From Amoebidium appalachense (taxonomy: Eukaryota > Protista > Ichthyosporea): a DNA stretch of 64,000 nucleotides. Every line of letters starts with the position of its first letter. Positions within the stretch are counted from its first letter, which is position 1. Shown here piece after piece: positions 51,198 to 64,000 of the stretch. Under the pieces are notes generated by a model. It was not told the DNA's origin. It saw only the letters and a program-made list of their open reading frames with translations, and made no database searches. The stretch is from the NCBI GenBank assembly GCA_963693365.1, contig CAVNZM010000016.1:6927029-6991028 (forward strand). The letters are read 5' to 3'. Both the position numbers and the translations under genes were made by a program.

Positions 51198-52225
51198 CAC
51201 ACAGGCGCAGTCGCACGCAGACAGACGCACGGCGTCGCACGCGCATCGTGTTCTCCTCAGTCAAGAGACCAGTGCTGCCACCTACTGAAATGGCTCCTTA
51301 TTTTTCCTTACACATTCAGCGAACACTGGGCTCTATCGAACCGTCGAGGCGCCGCGACAGAAAGCATGCACGCGGTCGCGAGAGTGTCAGTACGTGTGAG
51401 CGACCAGTGCACATTTTTCCAAAATCACGCTGCCCAAGGCACGGCCCGGGGCCCACATGCGCGATGCGTTCCGGACCAATCAGGTATTTCTACCTTCTGG
51501 TACGGTACTAGCTCATCGGGGGCCTAGCCGAAGAAATGACTGTTTGGTTTCTCTTCTTGTACAATTAATAACATATTTTATTTGTCTTGTCTCTACCCCT
51601 TATAATTTTTTTTCAACACTTGCAAGTAAGTTTGTGTAGATGGTAAAACAAAGAAATGGGGGGTCGTAACATTTAGAACGCACTTATCAGTGATTGGTCG
51701 ACCTGGCGCTATCTTTCCCGTTCGGCAAAACAAGGCATTTTTGTGCTTGATTCTGATTCGTTCAAGCGTACGTCATCCGGTTTTGGGCAGCCGCTGATGC
51801 GGGCGAGAAGCCAAGACTAAAAATAGACACAAGCATTTTTATTGAATGAAACTCATGTACATTAAAACACCACGGCTCACGGACACTCTATATAAGCTGC
51901 CCCATGCCACTTTTGTCAGGTTTGTCAAGGCAAAAGGAGCAGCCATTTTCGTTTTGGCGGGAAAAGAGTTCGAAAATGCTGTCTAGCGCGTTCAACCCCA
52001 CTGTTCGGTAAGAAGAAGGCTCTCTTTAGCAAAGCAAAAGATTTGAAATTGGGTGGTATGCTCCAGCTGGGCACGCATTGAGGGACACTTGTGAGAATAT
52101 GCAACAAAATGAAGTGATGATGTACACGTCAGGCCGTTTCCATGTTCCCATGAACGAGAGGGTCACACCAAGCAACCACGCTATGCTGCATTTTATAACA
52201 GCTCGATGACCTCTTGTTATTTCAT

Positions 52226-58916
<6,691 letters not shown>

Positions 58917-60245
58917 TTAGTGTGTGTGTACGTGTCCGTGTGGGTGTGTGTGTGCATGCAGGCAGTCTGTGCCTGCATGTCGACGGGCTTGCAATACTGC
59001 GTGTGTGCGCAGGTGTGTACGTGGATGGCAGTCGGAGTAAGAATACACTTGTGTGTGTGTGTGTGTGTGCCCGTTATGTGTTTTTTCGAATGTGCCCTGT
59101 AGTGATAGGGCAACACAAAGTTAAGAGCATGTAGTTGTAGGTTGGAGCATAAAACCAACGAGAAGAGCATGTACATAGGCGCCATTAAACCTTATGGAGC
59201 TGCAATCTGTACTAATCCACCAATGAAAGTGATCTATAAAAAATACCATTATTCTGAAACTCCCTCATGCCCAGTTTTGGTACATCCCCCCCCCCCCCCA
59301 AACAACAACACACACACACACACACACGTCACACGCTCCTCCTCCCCCAGGCAAGAACGTGCACACACACACACACTAGTCGGTCTGACCAAAGCAAGTT
59401 TGGCCACAGAAGAACGTTAGCAGGTGGTGGCCATGCATGGCCTGCGGTGCAAAGGCTGGGCGTGCTCGTGTTTGAGGCGTAACGGTTGTGGTTTGGGATA
59501 TGTGTGAGTTGTTGTTGGGGGGGGGGGGATATCACGGGAGCTCAGTACCGTATATACATGTATGTCCCGAACTTAGTAAACTGCCCACGTTACTGACACG
59601 GGCCAGATGTGTACAAAACACATGTAGGGCTACCCACATGATACCTGGTCCGAATGTACACACATCTACACCACAGATCGTGTGCGCACACTGTGGGTGT
59701 CACCTGAAGCGGGTGTACACCGTGAGTCTTATACGGCATAACATTATCAACAGATCTAGAAATGGATGAGGGGGTTGACGCTATTTACTCGAGGAAAAGA
59801 GAGACCAGTCTCAGGTATGAGGGTTTTTGCTCGGAATATCCCCTCAGCGGTATATCATGATCAAGTACATAGATGTCGGGTGATGATTATGTATCAGGGG
59901 TTTCTTACTCTACGAAGCACCATAAAGACTAGTACTAAGAAAATCAATTAGTTGGGTTCCCCGTTTTTTTTTTTTTTTTTTTTTTTTTTTGATGGATGAT
60001 GGGGGGAAATGTAGATGAATATCATAGCATCAACGCTTCGTTCGTTTATTCTATCGTTGGGGAGAGGAGTGAGGAGGGGGGGAGGGGAGGGGGAGGGGGG
60101 GGGGGGGGGAGGGGGGGGGGGGGGGGGGGGACTCAAATCATGTGCGCACATACTCCCGAACCAGCTGCAGACGTACAGCAAGTACGTGCACACACACAAA
60201 CATACACACACGTACATGAACACGAACACACACACACACATACGT

Positions 60246-60321
<76 letters not shown>

Positions 60322-61346
60322 TACCAACATGTGCACATTCTCACACGAGTAACACCTCACCACACGCACACATATGTACTTGTACCCGGGAAAGTCATTC
60401 TGACTGACTGTGCAATTCGGGCCAAGAGACACTATTCTGACTGACTGTGCAATTTTGCACTCCATATGTGCTATTGTAGCTCCTTGCTCTTCAATGGGTC
60501 TTTAACCGGAGTGAGTCAGGCTGGCAGTGGCTAGAGTGAGCTCATTACCTTGCATTTCCAACACACATACGCGAGTCCCTTAGATTGTACTGGGAGTTTT
60601 TCTTTTTCTTTTCTTTTTTTCTTTCTTTTATTTATTTATTTATTTATTTTTGGGGGGTGGTTGTTGTTGTTGTTGTTGTTGTTGTTGTTGCAGGGCCATA
60701 ATTTCACCGCACCACAGACATGCATATGATCGCGGGCCCGACGTCTTACAGCTGCAGGTTTAACACTTCCATGTCGACAGCATCATGGACATTTTATTTC
60801 TCGGGCATTCTATTATGAGTATATTTTATTTCTCACGCCGCGGGTATTCTATTGTAGGAGAATATCTGTGTGTGGTGGCAGCATGACATACACGTGTAGG
60901 GCGCCATATAAGACCCTTCCCGATGACAACCGATTCAATAATAAGAACACAGCATAATTCTGGTACTTTGGGCTATTGGACTCGAACGTTTTCTTCGATT
61001 CCAGATACGATTCAATCGATTCCAGATAAGATTTAATCTGAGTCAGTAACATGGATAACTTCAATATGCTATATGATGCTTATTTCAATACCACACATAA
61101 GCCGCCCTTACAAGAACCATTACTCTGCTCTAAATATCGATATCCACAGCATAAGTTGCAATTGTTTCTCGCCATAGCTCCCTTGACATACTGATGTCCC
61201 CGCACGTTACAGTATCTAGATCACCGAAACGGATTCGTCCTTGCTCACTTGTCTCTAGTAATTATTCCCAACATTCCTCCACTTTCTTGCCCCACCTTTC
61301 CCTTCTCGTCTCCGTAATCTCCGTCTTACACTCGTGTCTGCGGACC

Positions 61347-62444
61347 TCAATCCCATCTCTTTTCGTCGTACCCATCCTCGTCGCGCTGCCGACTCTTCTC
61401 CTCCTCCTTCTCCTCGTAATCATCGTCGTCATTTTTTCCCTCGATCATATTCTTCTCCTCCTGCTCCTCCTCCTCGTCTGCATCGTCATAGTCGACATCA
61501 TTCCCCTCGATAATAGCTTTTTCCTCCTCGTCCTCCTCGTATTCATACTCGTCATCCTCGTCTTTCTCTTCGGCCCACTGGGTCTTACCCCCCCGCGGTG
61601 CAATGGGAGGACCTGTGTACACGGGAACCCCCACGAACATCTCGGCCATGCTCCTAGCTATGGGATCCCCCGCGAACATCTCGGCCATGCTCCTAGCCTT
61701 GGCTATGGGAATCCCCGCGAACATCTCGGCCATGCTCCTAGCCTTGGCTGAAACCGTGCACTTGCCGTTGACACAGTTGTTGAGGCCGTCGAGGCACGAC
61801 GTCCAGTTCTCACACGGCCCCCCCACGGGCGATTTTGCGGCACATTTGCCCACGACGGTGCCGTCCCTGGAGCCCATACACCACATCTCGACGGAGGACG
61901 AGTCACAGTCGTCTGAAGTCACGCACGGCCCACCCGCCTTGCTCGTCTCCCCGTCAGGCCGGCATCTGCCCAAGCGGCAGGAGAACCCGGAGGCACACTG
62001 GTCGTTGTTGATATCGCACACCCCGTTGAGGCCGGGCCGGGGAGAACACTTTCCCGTCTTGCCGTCCTTGCCCGCTTGGCAAATAGCGTCCGACTTGCAC
62101 CTTTGGTTGTAGTCGTATCCCCCGACCACGCACGCACCCCCAAGCGGCACCTTCAGCTTTTCAGCCTCCGCCTCTTGGATGTCTTCCTCGAGCACACACT
62201 TGCCTTTGAAGCACCTACTCTCCTCCATGCACGCATACGAAGTCGTGCATGCCTCCCCGTCTTTCTTCACTGCGGCGCATTTCTTCGTTTTGATGTCACA
62301 CCACAGCCCACGCTCGCCTCCGCATCCACCGTTTGCGCTACAAGCAGTTCCGACGACAAATGTCTGGGTGGGTTTGGCCAGCGCAAGGTTGGCAAACGCG
62401 AGAGCGACGACGGCAGAAACAATCATTCTCGTACACCGACACAT
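61347..62444 (-). CDS. Secreted cysteine-rich repeat protein with three ARSMAEMF(A/V)G repeats and an acidic C-terminal tail (365 aa, single exon)
   Basis: Uninterrupted GC-rich ORF with a signal peptide (MIVSAVVALAFANLALA) and about 6 G-x-x-C..C..C..C modules. Nucleotide repeats start at 61634, 61673 and 61718, followed by a D/E-rich tail. Confidence 0.82.
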   Translation of the reverse strand: MCRCTRMIVSAVVALAFANLALAKPTQTFVVGTACSANGGCGGERGLWCDIKTKKCAAVKKDGEACTTSYACMEESRCFKGKCVLEEDIQEAEAEKLKVPLGGACVVGGYDYNQRCKSDAICQAGKDGKTGKCSPRPGLNGVCDINNDQCASGFSCRLGRCRPDGETSKAGGPCVTSDDCDSSSVEMWCMGSRDGTVVGKCAAKSPVGGPCENWTSCLDGLNNCVNGKCTVSAKARSMAEMFAGIPIAKARSMAEMFAGDPIARSMAEMFVGVPVYTGPPIAPRGGKTQWAEEKDEDDEYEYEEDEEEKAIIEGNDVDYDDADEEEEQEEKNMIEGKNDDDDYEEKEEEKSRQRDEDGYDEKRWD

Positions 62445-63087
62445 TTGCTACTGTGCGTGTGTCGATGAATAATGAAGTGGGCTGTTGGGCTTTGTAAAGG
62501 CGATCAAATTGTATGGTTATTTGGGACAAATAAGTCCATGCGTTTGATTGGTTGAAAGCCTGAGAAACGGCTCTCCATGTATCATATAATATGCACCAAT
62601 ACAGGTATAAGAAATTGATCTGTTTAGGCAGAAATATATATAAAAACACTCTTTCTAGGTAAATGTGCTCTATACGTTTTATAGCTGGATTAAATACATA
62701 CACACAAAGCCGGCCACCGGCAGCTTTAAAGTTTCACGATATCCACTGTCATTCAATGAAAAGAGCAGAGCTGAGAGCTGTTCGACATCGTTGATCGGAT
62801 AGGCTGAAGGTCCATTGCTGCTTCAATAAATGCGAATAAATTTTGGCCCCTGGCTTGCGGCCATGGGCCAGAATAACCACTTTTTTATGCGGCCTTAGAC
62901 ATTAGATAATACAAACAAAAGCCGAAAATTTTGCATATTCAGAAACACAAAATGTGCGGTTTCCATTCCCCCGCCCGCCCTCCCCAACTACATAATCGCA
63001 GAGGGCGGGCCGGGCCTGTGTTGCGTAACTGCCAGTACTGTTCGACCAAGGCCTTCTGCGTGTCGGACTCGCCCCGATAAATTCCAC

Positions 63088-64000
63088 GTGATAAAAAACA
63101 CCACTCCCGCTAGACTAGGTGAACCCCTGTCTCAAAAGGAAAGCTTGCGTCGGCTTGCTAGTATGAATCGATTTGGCCCCCCTGCTCGTTGTATTATTGG
63201 TGATACCACTGGAGACTCCCTCATAGACTCTGATAAGTATTTCTCGGAACTGTTTAAAGATAGGACCCCCGCCCAGAAACCTATTGTGTGGCCTGTAGAC
63301 CCATCTATCCCCATAGAATCGATCCTCCCCTTTTTCAGTCCCGATACCATATGGTCTGTGATATCTAGTTATAGCTCTAATAAGTCTTGTGGACCTGATG
63401 GACTCCCTGCTGGGTTTCTTAAAATCCTTGTTCCCTCCTACCCACAAAAGGAAAGTGATCGTGCTATTAAACCTGATCTTACTATCATGTTAAGCTCTCT
63501 CTTTTCTTGGTGTGTTAAATGTGGACATGTCCCGTCATCTTGGTTAGATACCTTAGTGATCCCCATAGTTAAGGACTCTGAGCACGGCCCTCTTTTTTTC
63601 AGAGGGCCGTGCTCTGAGGGCCCCATATCATCCTTTCGCCCCATCACACTAACCCAGGTTGTTCGTAGATTCTTTGAAGCTTGCTTACTTAGGTTATTTG
63701 CACATCACCCTAGGTTTCAATCTATTCTTCACATACACCCATGCCAATCCGCTTTTCGTAAAAACAATTGATGTTATGTTCAAATAATGGCACTGCACGA
63801 TTCTATGCAAGTTGGTGCACGATATGTTGGCTTTATTGATTGGAAAACTGCTTACGATTCTGTCTCCCCTGGTCTCCTATGGGAAAAGCTTGCTGCACGG
63901 GGTGTACCTCACTGCATTGGTGTTCTGTTAGAAGCACTCTTGTCTTAAACCTATGGTAGAGCTGTGGTTAATGGGCATCTTTCATGTGGTTTTGCTCGTA
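63088..64000 (+). mobile_element. Decayed non-LTR retrotransposon reverse transcriptase, N-terminal half, running off the right window edge
   Basis: KSCGPDGLP, VPSSW, FRPITL, QSAFR, FIDWKTAYDSV, LWEKL..RGVP and VNG lie in one frame. Stops interrupt it at 63769-63771 (TGA) and 63946-63948 (TAA). Confidence 0.9.

Noticed and set aside
63769-63771. In-frame TGA in the RT as selenocysteine or readthrough
   Set aside because: A second in-frame TAA at 63946 indicates ordinary decay.

Overview
This is eukaryotic nuclear DNA. It is intron-rich and saturated with (GT/CA)n microsatellites and long G/C homopolymers, so most ORFs in the supplied track are repeat artefacts. Animal-like ALKBH5, ACADS and RPL3 proteins suggest a unicellular holozoan or opisthokont (inference only). 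Spliced genes reconstructed by hand with GT-AG junctions and consistent phases are PPCDC (partial, -), RPL3 (-), ALKBH5-like (+), a PAP2 lipid phosphatase (-), an MFS transporter (+), EXOSC3/RRP40 (-) and ACADS (+, one apparent frameshift). The window also holds two single-exon secreted proteins, one tRNA-Ala(AGC), two decayed non-LTR retrotransposon fragments and several tandem or inverted repeats. Three observations stand out. (1) A ~160-nt structured element with compensatory base changes occurs as a 4.1 x 453-bp tandem array in an EXOSC3 intron and as diverged dispersed copies, consistently oriented with host transcription. (2) About a third of introns have (CA)n instead of a polypyrimidine tract at the 3' splice site, some paired with (GT)n at the 5' site. 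(3) An A-B-B-A' foldback lies next to the tRNA, and an intronic copy of an EXOSC3 exon end differs mostly at synonymous sites.
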